From the NCBI GenBank assembly GCA_964035545.1, contig OZ037766.1, positions 14,498,722-14,562,721 of the forward strand: 64,000 nucleotides of DNA, in the 5' to 3' direction. The DNA is from Bugula neritina (lineage: Eukaryota > Animalia > Bryozoa). The position numbers and the translations under genes are program-made. The notes beneath the pieces were generated by a model. It had not been told where the DNA came from. It worked only from the letters and a program-made list of their open reading frames with translations, and ran no database searches. Position 1 is the first letter of the stretch; every line of letters starts with the position of its first letter. Shown here in pieces: positions 26,701 to 41,181 of this stretch.

Positions 26701-29700
26701 CTTGTTGCTATAGTGATGGGTTGGCATTGTCTTTATCCTCTGTGACTTCTAATTAAATCATGTGATATGCTTTACACATTCATCAGTCAACACATGGAAA
26801 GGTTTACTTGCTTGTAATAGTTGGTAGTTCCTATGATTATATACATGCATTGCATTTCCTATTATTCTCAGTACTATGGGAAGTGAATATAAAATATTAC
26901 TATTTACCAGCGGCATACTTTGCTTGGAAATTGGTTGTGATATTACAGATTAACTAGTCAACTAATCATCATCAATCATCCATCTGATACAACTCTAATT
27001 ATCATCTCAGTTTGCTGCAAAACAAAACAGTTATGAAAAGACATTTTAAGCACAACTGGTTTTTGTTGTTGGTCAATGCTAGAATCTGTGGGTAGTTAAT
27101 AAGCTGTTGTAACAAAAGTTGCTGGAGTTATGGGTAACTATCCAGTCACCTATGATGTCATCAACCTGATTACCTTAATCTTACCATGACTTACTAATTA
27201 TCACGTGTTTGGTGTTATTTATTTCCTTTGTCATGGTGAATCATCTAATTATGACAAAACTATTATTAGCATATTGATACAATGATCGCTTGCTAACTTA
27301 AAATACTACTAGCTAATAATATTATAGTGGGCTTGTTGCAGGATTGCCATTGTATTTCAACAGTAACAGTTCCACGAAAAACACAAATATTTATTGCAAT
27401 GTAAAGTATTCTGACAATGTATATAATCAGGCTCAAGTACTTCACTGATCTCAACAGAGATTTACACACATAAATCATAAACATCTCAAAGACATCAACT
27501 GACATGCTAGTAGTCTGGTAATAGTATCATTGCAGTTACTTTTTACATAATATTTTTTTCATGCTCACACGGTTTGTTTATATTCTACAGTTTTGAGTTT
27601 TGCATTGAACTCTTGGATCTGATGGATGACATCATGAGTTTACAATCGATGGTCTTCCACCAGCTAGACAGAGCTAATGAGAACTCTATGACACTTACGG
27701 GGCAGTGTAAGCTCTACCCACTAGTGCTAGCCGTACAAGATTCCTGCCAACTCTACGACTACCTGGTGAAAGTGTTGTTTAAACTTCATAAAGGTATGTG
27801 TTGAAAGTTTAATATCAACTGCAGCAGTGATTAGGAGTCAGTTAGGTGTCTTCAAGTGTTATTAGTTTGATTAGTACCAAGAGAACCAGTTGAAAACTAT
27901 GGACTGTTTTTTATTACATCAGGCCAGCTGTAAACTTAGCACACACTAAAGTGAAGTCTGCTTATGCAGGTGTATGTCGTGTGTACAGAGGTTGACTTAT
28001 CATGTGATATTCACTTCTACTAAACTCACATGCCACCAGCTTTTCATGCAATAATTTATGTTTAGCAGATGAGCAAGGTTATAATTGATCTGGCATGGCT
28101 ATAATGTTCACTACAGATAAATTTATTTCTCCCCCAAGCTAAAGTAATACTCAATGAGTCACATTCTCTTTCTGATGATTCAGAGTCAGTAAATTTAAAA
28201 CATGGGAAGCTATTGATACAGGCTAGAAGCCTTGGCAACACTGTTCACACAAAAACACAATATGTTAATGAACCATATATACAATATTCATTTTAGGTCA
28301 TTTCGCATGATATGCTATTCCTGGTTTAAACATATTGACATCAATCTCTCACAATTCAGTCAATAGTAGATACAATGAGACTGGTACATGAGTTAGTTTG
28401 TATTAACAGCTCGCTACAGGCTCCTATTTCACCACAATATTACCACCAGTTTTTGAAACTAGTCCTTTAGGTCAAAAGTTCAAATATTGGTTGAAACTGG
28501 AGAAATAGTGGTGATCCGGCAACTTTAAGTTTTAAAGTCTATTTTCATGCAGCAGGCTACTTTTTCAAATTTAGCTATGGCTATGATGGCCTGAATGATA
28601 AAATGTTACTTTTTGTTTTTAATCGGTTTTAATGTTTTCTTAATGAGGCTTGCCTAGTTTCAAAAGCAAGTGATGGTATTGTCTGTGTCATACAGCTATT
28701 CCTTCTGACACCCTTGGGGATCTAAGAGCTAGGTTCTTATCACAGTACAAGAGTGCTAAACAGTTTTATCAGACATGTCAAGGGCTGCAGTACTTCAAGG
28801 GCATCATTCAGGTCAGTATACACTAAACTTACATTGTAATTTGTAGTACAGCATGTATATATGTAGTATAATATACACACAAGGCATACATATTATACAT
28901 TATATACATGTTACATATGTACATATAATATGCATATATCTTATACTTGCAACACTCATCTGATGTGTATTATACAGCATTCATTGTATAATATAGTTAG
29001 TATATTTAGTATCATGTGTGTGTGCATGCGCACAGGGGTGTTAATAATACTATGCGTGTAGTTTATATAAAAGTATAAGGTAGCTATACTAATATATATA
29101 ATGTTTATTGTCCTGCTGTGATGACAGTCCATCTAACTGGGTGCTTTTAGTAGTAAGTATAACAGGAGTTATGATTACAGCTTGAAGCTCTTACATAATA
29201 TTTCAATTAAAACTCACATGGTGTACTGGAATTAAAGCTTGCCTTAGTAATTGATTTGTAGTTGCTTCACCACACCAAAATACTTTATGAATTATAATAA
29301 TCAGAAATAAACTATCTGACGAAGCCAAAGTTTTTGGAGTAAAGTTTTACAATACTAGCCAAGGTTTACTATTTTAGGTGCCCACGCTTCCCGACTCACC
29401 CCCCAACTTTCTCATAGCATCAGAGATATTTAAACACAGGAAGCCAGTGGCAGTAGTGGATGGGGAGGAACCAGAGGAGGAGCCAGATTCCACACCTCCC
29501 CCTGTCCCTGATAAGGTCAGTATTGTTTATGCACCCACTGTGCTTATATGTAAGTATATGTTCTGTTTTTGCGATGCTTAGTAAGTACATCAATGTTTGT
29601 GAAAGATCTGTATTGATCTAAATATGGCATGGAATGTGTGATGTTGTTTTTATAAAATTCTGAATTTTGCAAAATTTTGGCAAATATTCTTCATGTCAAG

Positions 29701-32700
29701 TGGCTGGCACTGTTACACATTGCATTAGTATTGTGTTTACTGTATATTATGATGTATGGCGACATGTCAATATGTACACTATGTACTCTCTGTATTTACA
29801 TGGGTATGGTATGCAATGTGTTGGCTTGTGTCTGTCTTCACTAGGGGATACTCTACAATATATGCTAGGTATATAATATAAACAAGTTTTAACTCAAAGT
29901 ATGAAGTAAAAGATAGTAGACGTGGTGTAAAGTATGTGACCTATTGTTTTACACATTGCTGTAAATTAGATGAAATTTTGATGTATTATTTTTTGTGATA
30001 GACTAAATAGTTTGGTACATATTTCATGAAATTGAAAACATGTTTTGTGATCTATTTTTTCATTGAGTTATATTTATTCCTAATCTTTGAACATTTTCAA
30101 AAAATGTTGATAATGTTTTCAGTGTAATACAGAAAAATTAAATCAGCAGTCAATCTCACCACTTCTTGTGTTGCGTGGTCAGTGGTTTGACTAACCGAAA
30201 GCACTGTTTGACTGATTGTAGATTGCGCCACTAATACAAACAGCTCCTGTACCTTCGGAGCCCGTACCAGACTCTAAAGACATTATAATCAATCAACTTA
30301 AAACGCAGGTGGAACATCTACGCAATGAACTGGAGTTTGTCAAGGTGAAGGTAAGGTCAATGCTAACTACGAGATACTCTATAGCTACACAATTGATTAC
30401 AATATTATACATTTTGTGTAAGACAATTGCTTTGCACCATGTCTCTAGGATCTGTGTATGATGTGATTATATCACAGGATAAGTCAACTAATATTGTAAA
30501 TATTTGTCTAAGAATTAATAAACTTTATGCAATCTAGTTTTGTTTTATTTGTACTCTACATCAAAAAGCTTTTTCGAGTTTGTAATAAATCAATGCTGCT
30601 TCGATAATTTTAGCTGTTTTATCAAGTTTATCATTCATTATTACTGCAACTACATTAAAAAACCTAATGGAGGTCATAGTTCATCAACTATTGAAAGGTA
30701 AATTTCATTGCAGAATTAATTGCGTTTCAAATCACTAGATGTTCATCCTAACTACCCTGTCTATATAATGTGAGGTTACATGCACTGCAGGCAAGGGAAA
30801 AAATATCCAGTTTAAATGAAGAGATAGGCTCACTCAAGTCGCAGCTGCAGATGCAAAAAGAGGAGACAAACATGATGAACTCTAAGTTGGCAGATGTACA
30901 GAATAAACTCTCCGAATCAAACCAAGAGACTGAAGAGCTCAAGCAAAGCCTTTCTGTTGCGGAAGAAAATGCGGCAGCTGCCATGGCTCTTTCTAAAGCT
31001 GCCGGTAATAACTTATTATGTTGAAATTTTTTGCTGCCACCTTGGTGAGCAGTATTTGTGTTGATCATTATACTGTAGCTGTAACTGAATTATGGTTTCT
31101 GTCTCTATTATATATGTTTGAAAGGAGTTACCGACTCGGGTTTTTCGTGAAATTGTGTCGTAGCTGTAGCTACTGTATGCGGGTTTGTAGAACAAGCTAA
31201 GACAAGTGATGAACGGTACAAGAAGATGAGAGAACTTTATGAGAATTTGAAGCAGGAGCATGTTACTTTACTAAGAAATGTAAGACGATACAATATGTGT
31301 AAAACTGAGCATAATAAACAAATCTAAAGTGTTTTCTGCACTTATTGTGTGTGTCCTGTTTATCAAACTAAACATCATTGTAAAATGTTGTTATAATATA
31401 TTATAAGCAATGTAAAACATATGCATGTCATCTTAAAACCTTTTGCTTTCTCATGCAGAATGCTGCTATAAAGAAACAAACAGCGGCAGAAAAACAAGCC
31501 AAAGAGGAGAAAGAACAGCAGTACAAGGTTTGTAGTCTTTAGAGCTTTTTATAATAGTCTGCTAACTTGAAATTCTGCACAAAATGGGTGTCAGTTTTTC
31601 AGGTTTACTCAATTGATACACAGTTAAGTGGCTGTTGCCTGCCTAATGTCTTGTTTGATTAAATCAATTGTTTATCAAATGACAACATTTCAGGGTTTTA
31701 CGTTTTCTGTTCTAGTTGCATAAACTGTATGACTTTACTTCTCAAGTTGTGTTTGAATATCTTCTAACTTCTTTTCCCATTAGAAAGCTCAAAGTTCACA
31801 GAGTATACCTTTTAACTTGCATAAATGCGTGTTATATACAAGCAAAACTGTGTTATAACTGCATTATTTAAGATTTAAAAAAGTTCTAATAATGCCTTCT
31901 ATACACATTTATGTTTTTCTTTATTAGAGAATGTAATTTTTCTAACACACAGAGCAATATTCTGATTAGAATTAGGGAAGAGCTTTGATTTAAGCCTTTG
32001 CAATGATATCTAAATTACTAACACTATGTATAGGAAGCTTATGAAGAAGTGGAGAGGTTAAAGTCTGAGCAAAATGTACTAACTGACTCAATGCAGAAGA
32101 GTGCCGATGAATCTAGTCAACACATGTCCTTGCTGGAGCAGCGGATAGAGGAGCTCGGAAGAGAGAAAGCAGTGAGTGTCTTTATATTAGACATTAGTTG
32201 GTAAAGTTTTTTTTTACTGCACAGTGTTGGCCTACATCTAATAGGGATGCTGCGTTGTTAGCAATGCAGAGCAATTTCTAAAAAGGAAATACAATAAAAA
32301 TGTAGCTGAGTTTTTAATGAAAGCTGCTCCAAATTTAGAAAATAATAAAAGTAACATTGAAGCACAACATTGTGCAATAACCAAGATAGAAATTGCTGCT
32401 TGAACATTTATTGGTATGCAAACAATTTATAATATATTACATAAAGCAACTGGAGTTGCTTTCCCTATAAAGATTCAACTGATTATGATTTACAAAATAT
32501 TTTTCTTTGGCCTCTTTTACTTGTAAGTTTTTACATTTATGTTATCAGCAATAATAATTTTAAGCATCAATGTAAAAGTTTCATATTCAATTCCAGTGTT
32601 GATTATAATTGTTTACATATAAATACTTCTGTCATTTTTCATCTTTGTTGTTTATATAAAGACATAATAGCACTCAATAAAATATGCTGGTCTTGGTTGA

Positions 32701-35700
32701 GTAGTAGCAGCTGTGGTTTGAGTATATATAGATGCGTAGTAGCGTAGCATGTGTACAGCTGATTCACTATCAGAGTGATGTCGTTGACGCTATCATGTGC
32801 AAGTAGTATTAGCTGTAAGTGTCATTGATAGTTTACTCTAGTCATGATAGCCATGATTTGAGTGGGTCTCAATGATGACAAGCAGTTCAAAAAAGAAAAC
32901 AAGGTGTTGTTTCTTCTGCTGCTTTCATCGAGGTAACCACGAAGAGAAGGTAACAATCATTCTGTCAGGTTTGGGTTGCAGTGGAACTGGTTTTTTATAT
33001 TGGTTAGACTAACTGTCGTATCATAAAATTTTTCAGTAGGCCTTTTTTCATTTCTTTGAAATTATTACATTTAATTCGTTCACGCCATAAACACAATTCC
33101 TCTTCAATGCATTGCTGTAATACATTGCAAATGTAATAATGGCGCTTTGTTGATTAGAACTTTTTCTGGAGAAATGAAGACTTTTGGTAATTTACCAAAA
33201 AAAGGTTTTTTGGTTTTGGCATTATGAAGCATTGATTTAACACCATGCGTTGTATAAATAGAGCAATTATAATATGTAGGGATATCTACTGTACATTTCT
33301 TAATGAGGTTAAATCTAATTTAGTAAGTCTGTGTATTCTATAGTTACAAGTGTTGTTTCAATGACCATCAGGAATTTCATTTGATCTTTAATTTATATAT
33401 TATATGCATGTAATGCTATAAGGCGAAATTAAATCAGTTTATTGCATTGCCCAATAGTATTTTTCTTCAAGAACTACCTTGGCAGCTAGAAAATGCTCTC
33501 ATACTGGAGTTATAGTAGAGAGTATTAATTTAGATACTTGCAAATGCACAGCTGACTAAAAATGCTGATCAAACTTTACATGCTAATTTAGCCAATACAT
33601 AATAAGATATTAGTGACACTTTTAGATACTTTCCTCCAACTGAAACTTCATACACATGTTTATATCTAAGCTCTGGAAGTTTGCTCCGTGAGCCATATGA
33701 CAAATGTATTTTGTAAATATATGCACTGCTATGTGTTGTATGAAGGAGTTTGAAGAGAAGCTTCTGTCAAGTGAGAATGAAAATGATTCGCTGAAGACCC
33801 AAGTAGCCAATTACCAGACTACGAATTTAGCCTTGGAAGATAACCTTAAAGTTGAGAAAGAGTCTAGTCAGCAATCGGCATCTTCAATGGGTCAGCAGCT
33901 TAGTGATGTGAATGAAAATCTACAGCAGGCTCAAGCCAATGCTGCCAGTCTTGATGAGAAAAATAAGGTGAGGGTGTTGCAGTGGGTGGCATTAGATTTT
34001 CCACAAATAAAAAGCTATGATGTATATATATATGGTCTGTGCTTCTAAAAGTTAAAAAATAAGTTTTTCTTAAATAAAATAAATATAAGATGTCACTAGA
34101 ATTACCTCAACTCACTATTCATATAATTGGGATTCTCTTGTTATATTGCGTATCAAAGCATTTGAAACGTCTCGTATGGGAATTTATTTAAGCTCAATAG
34201 TATACATAGTGTAAAATTATTATTTATTTACAATTTATACACCAGGAGCTCGCAGAAAGAATAGAGAAAGTGGAGGGTGATAAAAACACACTAGAAACAA
34301 ATCTTGCAACTCTAATTAGTGAGAGAGACCAGGTAAATTTACCTTACTCCAATATTTGCAGGTAGCTTGTGCACTCTAGCAGCTAGTCGTCATCGTGCAT
34401 GCTATGGCACCTATCCTAACAGTGTCTGCCTGTTTTAGCAGGTTTTAGCTGCTATATAGAGTTGTTGCTAGAAGTATGTGCATTGGCAAGCAAACCAGTA
34501 CTCGTAGCATCTTTCTAAAGCACTAGTTTGTTATACATGACTTTTTGTAAACTTTCTTGTGTAAGCAGGAAATTGTTGTTCTTTGAAATAACATTATTTT
34601 ATAATATGTTAATTAGAGTGATTTGTTTGTGATTATGTTGGTAACGTTTATATATATTTTATTTTCATTGCCAGTATCAGTAAAAATATTTATCACTTTA
34701 CATTTTATTTTCATGAACACTTAAGAGTTGACCTCTACTAGCCATGTCTATAGAGTTGGTTCTGTTGAATAGGCTAGAGAGGACCAAGCCAAGACGAAAC
34801 TAGAGCTTGAGGCAAAGTTGGCAGAGTTTCAGGAGTTATTAGAGAAGAAGATAAAAGATGACTTGGAGAGCCGACAGTCTCTAGCTTACAATTCATTGGG
34901 TATGTTTCTCAACCAATGAGAGCTGCTCTTGCTAGTTAGAATCTCCTTTAATTACACTCGTACTGTTTTATAAAAGGCTTCAGTACTCAACTATAGTTGA
35001 AATTTAGAACTAATAAGGCTTCATCTTGTCTTTTTACACAACTCATATGTGTCAGTTGTACAAATGTATTTTGAAAAATAGATTATGTGCAATGATTTTT
35101 TTGTTACTTAACTGTTGTATTGAACATATTTCTTGTAATGGTGAGAATTTAGTATTTTTCTCATTGCATCTTATGGTGTGATTGAAAATATGACTTGGCT
35201 TCAATAATTTCTAATAAACTGTAATTTATAACAAATAAAATTTTTAGTGGTGGCTGTTGATGAAGGTGTGAAGGAAGTGAATTACACTTTAGACTTTATA
35301 GCATCAGAAGAGTTTATCACACATACATGTTGTGCAGGTAACTCCTTCATATATCTGGCGTATTTCCTATTAGTAGATGTACTTTGTTTATATGACTGAT
35401 TAAATGGTGTAACAGCTTGTAAGAAGTGCTACAGCTATATCTCTACTTCTCTAAACATCCTCATTAAGTAACCATGGATACACCAGACAGAATACTACTT
35501 GTTATGATAGATTCGTTACTGTCTGGACACGTGTGTAAATGACTGACTTATGGTGTATACTGCTGGGCAATGCTACTTTTATAGCGTGAATGGCTTATTA
35601 CTGTTGTTAAATAAATGCTGTAATATACATGTACATAGATATATTAAATTGCTGTGTGTGTAATATATTCAGTGTTAATGCATGTTTTTCAATTCAATGA

Positions 35701-38700
35701 CACTGGTAAATTGTCATCAAAAATGTAATGATAACAAATTGAAACACCCGCATTTATTCATTTTGATGAACATATTATGCATGCTGCTACAATTTTCAGT
35801 CTTTTATAAGAAGCTCTGCAAACCGACAATTACATTTTAAACTGTTTTATTTAAAGTAATGTCAAAGATAAATCTTTCATTATTTTTACAAACATTATGC
35901 GGAATTTTGTAATTCTCTAAGCTTCTAATAGTGATTTCAACAATTGAAAGTATTTGCATATGCTGTGTCTATTGTTTTAGAATCCGCTGTGGAAGATCTC
36001 TCTAAACTAGATGGTGAACTTTCAAAGCTCTCTAATACTTTCGAGTCTTCCAATGACAGTTTGGAGTTGTCGCACCTCATACATGCATTTAGCCATAGAC
36101 TCTGCAGAACTCTAGAGACTTGTAAGGGTGCATGCAATAGAGCCCCGCCCGAGCAAGGAGATGGTATTATATTATGTTTGACTACTATATTCTTGAAGTT
36201 CAACTTTATGTTTTATGAGTCAGATGGAAGTCAATTAGAATTACTGAGTACCTACCATGTTTGTCAAACCAGAAAATAATTTTACAGGCTTAATGTGGTT
36301 TCTAATGGTTTTTTTCCTATCAATCTCAGCATTAATTGCATATATTTTTATGCATTTTTTCTTGTAGATTTAGCAGAAAAGTGTCATGTATTGGGTAATG
36401 ACAGTGTTAAACACCTGCACACCATAAAGCAAGGTCAGTGTTGTCTAGGGTATTAAAGTAAAAGCAAGTAAACTATGCAGTGATATTAAGAATTTTAACT
36501 TACTCTTATAGCTATATATTGTATCTCGTTATTATCTTAATTGCAAATAATAATGTTGACGATGTTGAAATGTGAATTCCATAAATCTGCTTTCACATTT
36601 GTGTATCACAATTCCATGTTAATGTACATGTCTAGCTACTCAGCAGTGTATTCAGATGTTATTCCTTGCAGAGTACAGAAAGCCTGAGCCAGATAAAGCC
36701 GTTCTTCAGGCAGAGCTGAATAAAGTTAGGGAAGACACGGAAGGCATGTTACGTGTTGCTCGATCTCTTCTAATCAAGAGTGACGACATCAATGTTGATG
36801 AAATTGGAGAGCTCGTTGAGGAAGAGCTGAATGCTACGCAAAAAGCCATACAAGAAGGAGCCCAAAAAGTTCAGGTGAGTTTCGCTCTGGCTGTGATATG
36901 ACGTTGTGTCTAAATATCAGTCTAGAAAGGTAGCAGCAGCGACAGCAGTTCAACTCTTAAGCAATTGATGTGAAACAAATAATTTGTATATCGAAACATG
37001 TGGTTTAGTGTTTTACCTAAAAGTTATGCAATACTGTAGTCTGTTTATGTGTAAGGTTAATTTTGACTGCGCTATGGATTTGTCTTTTGTCCTCTATGTT
37101 ATATTGATAAAAAAAAAATATTTTGTGACTTTTTTTATTGTTTTTATGCAAACATTTTAGAGTTGTTTATAGTTTATAGTTTATAAGCTAAATTAAGTAT
37201 TGTATGACAACTCTCAGATTTTGTGATATATTTAGTAGCGGTGTTGTTGAGTATGATATATGGAAGTGTTTGAATGCAGGAAATGTTGGAGAAGGCAAGG
37301 CTGAGAGATACAGGTGTGAAGTTAGAGGTCAATGAGAAGATCTTAGACTCTGTAACGAAGTTGATGGCTGAAATACAGCAGTTAGTAAGGAAGTCCAAAG
37401 TACTGCAAGAGGAGATAGTAACTTCTGGCAGAGTAAGTCATTTCTTCCTGTAATATAGTTTACTTGTCATTACTAATATTTATTTGCACAGTATAACGTT
37501 GTGAACCGGTTTTCGAGTGGTGTGTTTTGATAAAGTTACTGTTCATAGAATTGTCTTCTTTCAATATTAAAATCTGTTTACCGAATACAGCTATTAAATT
37601 ATTATTTGTATTACCTAGGTTCTACTTTGCCCCAGTTATTTTAATTTTAACTTATCCAATCTATAGAACTGGTTGCTTTAAAGAATGATAAATACCATTA
37701 TGTCTAAAAATTTAACATTGGTTGTGTAAATAATGCTGCCCTCTTGTGTTATTATTTAAGCGGCGGAAAGTGTTTGGTTATGGTAGACTAAATTCCTTAG
37801 CAGTGTTGAATAAGAAGCTCAGTCTTGAGGTATATTATAAAATATCTAGTAATGTAAGACATTTTTATTTTGTGTTAAGGGTAGTGCTACGGCCAAAGAG
37901 TTCTACAAGAAGAACCACAGATGGACTGAAGGCCTGGTATCTGCGGCTAAAGCTGTTGGATGGGGTGCCTCTACTTTAGTGTAAATCTTGTTATTATATT
38001 TCATTTTTATACTATATTTTTGTTGAATTAAGCAAAGGCATCAAACTTTAGTTATATTGTTTTATGATATAATTGGATATGCGGGACTGACATAGGTAGA
38101 GTATATGTTTGGGTGAAATACAATGTAATTTTGTTAAAATAATTATCATTGGTTTAATTGATTAAATTTTATTGATTGTTATTTCTACATGTCATTAAAT
38201 CTAAGCTCTCTTTTATCTGCTGAGGTATGTTTTAGTGAGAAGGCCGAAATTATCATGGACGGCAAAGGTACACTGAACGAGTTGAAAGTCTGTTCTAATG
38301 AAATAGCCGCCAGCACAGCACAACTAGTTGTGTCCTCCCAAGTTAAGGCTGACAAGGAAAGCACAAGGTTAGCTGGTGAGTTGAGAATAAGGTATACTAC
38401 TACTGCATGCTTCAAAGTGCTATTACTTGTGTGTTATGTAAAGCTGATGGTATAATAAAAGTCAGGCACAATTCAAATCTTGCAGAGTTCATGTATCAGT
38501 TGCAGCATGTTATGGAATTCCAAGGAACAATTTGTGTTTGTGTAATAAATATATTAGCAAAAAGAACAACTTTTCTGTCTGTCGCGAAATCATAAACGAT
38601 AAGGAACTGTATTGTGTTATTCTATGCTTTTTGTTCTCATTTTAGAAACATTGAAACCTCCATAGCTACTTATACTGTCTGAAATATCCAATAATGCAGT

Positions 38701-41181
38701 AAAAATTTACATGCAGTCATCTATGTAATATTTGCCGTAATATAGTATTTACATATATATTTTATGTGTGCATATAGAAGTGTTGTTGCAGTGTTTTTGT
38801 ACTTTCCATCTCACTCTTAGATTTAAAGCTATCTGCCAAAGGAGTAAAAACGGCTACAGCAGACGTAGTTGCTTCCTCCAATTTTGGTGAAGAAAGAATC
38901 AATGAAGCAGGTTGGTTACAGCCGAAGTGCTATTTAATATACCATGGAATCTAGAATTACTGTGGAGTCTTATAATCTTGATAATGTTATAATAATAGTA
39001 ATAGCATGCTTGCTGCTGGTTGATTGTTAATTTATGGACTGTTATCATATTACTGCAGTTATCTGTATTGGAGACATCAATATTTTAGATTTGATGAATT
39101 TCAATGATTTATCTCTGACACAGACTAAAAGAGTGGAGATGAATACTCAGGTATATTTTATCAGATATTTTTGTACAAATATAAACTCAAAACGTTTGCT
39201 TTTTTATTTCTGCTGACTCGAAGATTGTTTTACAATTTCCATCGATTCTCTAATCATCACTGGATTTATGTACAGCTTTGTACTGTCATACACTATGCCA
39301 TGTGTAACTACCTTCATAATGACAAGTTCCATTTGTATTACTATTTTTCAACTTTGGCCATATCAATTTGCCAATTAGAATGAATCCACACCATTTTACT
39401 AAGTTTTTCAAAATATATTATAGGTTCATATTCTTGAACTTGAGTCAAAACTAGTCAAAGAAAGGAAGAAGTTAGCTGAGATCAGAAAGAGGCATTACCA
39501 GCTAGCTGGGGAAAGTGAAGGCTGGGAGGTAATGTAATACATTAACTCATACAGTGTACTGCATTGCTCATTTCTTATCTGCCTCTGAGATGTCTACATA
39601 GTAACATCCTATGCAGTAATAAGTAAGACGGAAAACAACTTGACATTTGTTAGTTGTGTATAAGATATAGAATTTTACTAAGTATTGTGGGATCTATATT
39701 GCTCAGTTGACAAAAGTTGACTTGGTTGCCCTTTTTCCTGCTATATAATTTGAGCTGCAACAATATTATTTTACTAAATGTGATTTATTTATGGCAAGAT
39801 TACAAGTTATCAAATATAATCATCATACTTTATCCTGAAAAAGCAACTATCAGTGATTAGCACTCATTCACACTTACTACTCAAAAAGTTTGTTATATAT
39901 GTCTCAACATATTGTTTACACCTAAACAGATTGGAGAAGATGAAAATCTTGTTGAAACTTATGAGTTTACTGAGAATATGGAGGTATATTGTGTATGTAG
40001 ATGTATAAGGGCATGGTGTTCGGTTCAGAGATTTGTCAAAAATTATGTTGTCATCTTTAATTTAATTTTATAGAAAGTTGCCATTTTGCCAGCTTTTACC
40101 ATTGTTGTTGCAAGTTAATAGTGAAGCATTTAAAAAGCTACCAATTAGGCAGAGTTTATCACATTGCATATTTCCTGCTTATTTGCATGCTGATTAAAAG
40201 AACGACAAAAAAACCTGTACTAACAAAATTATTTATGAAGATAGCATAAACTTTTCCCCTGGGTACCGAATCAAGCTGTATGAGATTTTCTAGAATCTAG
40301 AGCATGTGTTTTTTATTTTGGGATAAAGCATTAGCAAAGCTAGTTGAATAGTTTCCATTGCCAGCATCTAGTAAGAATCCTGCATTTGAATCCTAATAAA
40401 TGTTATGAATGAGTTTTATCTACATATATGTAAATATATTCTTGAGTTACAGAAAGCTATAGACAGTGATTCTGAGAAAGTAAGCATGATTGAAAAATTG
40501 TGTGGTGTACTAGTTACTAGCATAGCTGATACTAACATTGACTATGTAAGCAGGGACAGTACTTGTTCTTGTGTAAACTTTCTTACGTGTTTTTCTTGAG
40601 GGATTATTTAGGACTTTAGGTCTTAGGAGGTGTTGGAGTTGCATCATCAATGTTTGCTATGCCTGTCTGGAATATACTAGCCACTTGGGATTGTAGTTTT
40701 TAGTGGCGGTTGTTGGGCAATTTATTTTGGCTTATAAAATGGCTTAAACACAAATTAACTGTTGGAATTCTTTCTTACTGTATCAACCTATTTTGTGTAT
40801 CTCATTATAAAATAATGCTTCTATGTTTAAAAATGTAGATTGTCATTATTTAGACATCTACTCACAAATAACATAGAAAACTTCCACTGATTGATTTAGA
40901 ATAGTGTTTCTAGCATTTGGACCCGAAGTTTAAGATTCATAGTCTGATTTATATACACGGCAATAATTAAATGTTGATATGTCTTATATACTATAGCAGA
41001 AATACTACTATTATGTTTGTTATAATAATTATTTTTACAAAATTATCAATTGTTATAGTAATTATTGTTACAATTATTATGATATATATACACAAACATA
41101 TAAGCTATATCTGTTTGGCAAATTTAGGCTATTTAAAGGTGATTAATTTATTGTTATTTTTTGTAGATAAATGGTGATTGA
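23789..41181 (+). CDS. HIP1: Huntingtin-interacting protein 1 / HIP1R (Sla2 family): ANTH, coiled coil and THATCH/I-LWEQ domains
   Basis: In-phase exons: 23789-23851, 24937-25000, 25233-25432, 25970-26050, 26179-26255, 27591-27793, 28696-28811, 29378-29515, 30222-30350, 30791-31004, 31191-31279, 31459-31527, 32034-32171, 33746-33967, 34246-34332, 34773-34899, 35248-35337, 35981-36163, 36368-36433, 36672-36874, 37280-37432, 37880-37980, 38236-38375, 38821-38910, 39089-39150, 39424-39528, 39930-39983, 41167-41181. The last exons are less certain. Motifs LCWKFCHVLHKVIREGH, LPDSPPNFL, KEFYKKNHRWTEGLVSAAKAVGWGA, EIAASTAQLVVSSQVKA, KLAEIRKRHYQLAG. Confidence 0.95.
23925..24770. repeat. Drifting period-6 tract in HIP1 intron 1
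   Basis: gtaaga ctaagt caaagt gtaagt gtaacg ctagca ctaaca ctaaca gcaaca gcaagt gtaagt caaatt caaaag. Starts ~70 nt after the exon-1 donor. Confidence 0.8.
25001..25232 (+). other. U12-type (minor spliceosome) GT-AG intron in HIP1
   Basis: 5' splice site GTATCCTTT at 25001; branch-site-like TTCCTTAGC at 25213-25221, about 10 nt before the AG; no polypyrimidine tract. Splicing restores KHVRSIIISTHHEQG. Confidence 0.92.
28436..28680. mobile_element. Possible MITE remnant in HIP1 intron 6
   Basis: Inverted pair TTTTGAAACTAG (28451-28462) / CTAGTTTCAAAA (28654-28665) with imperfect outward extension; no clear target-site duplication. Confidence 0.3.
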
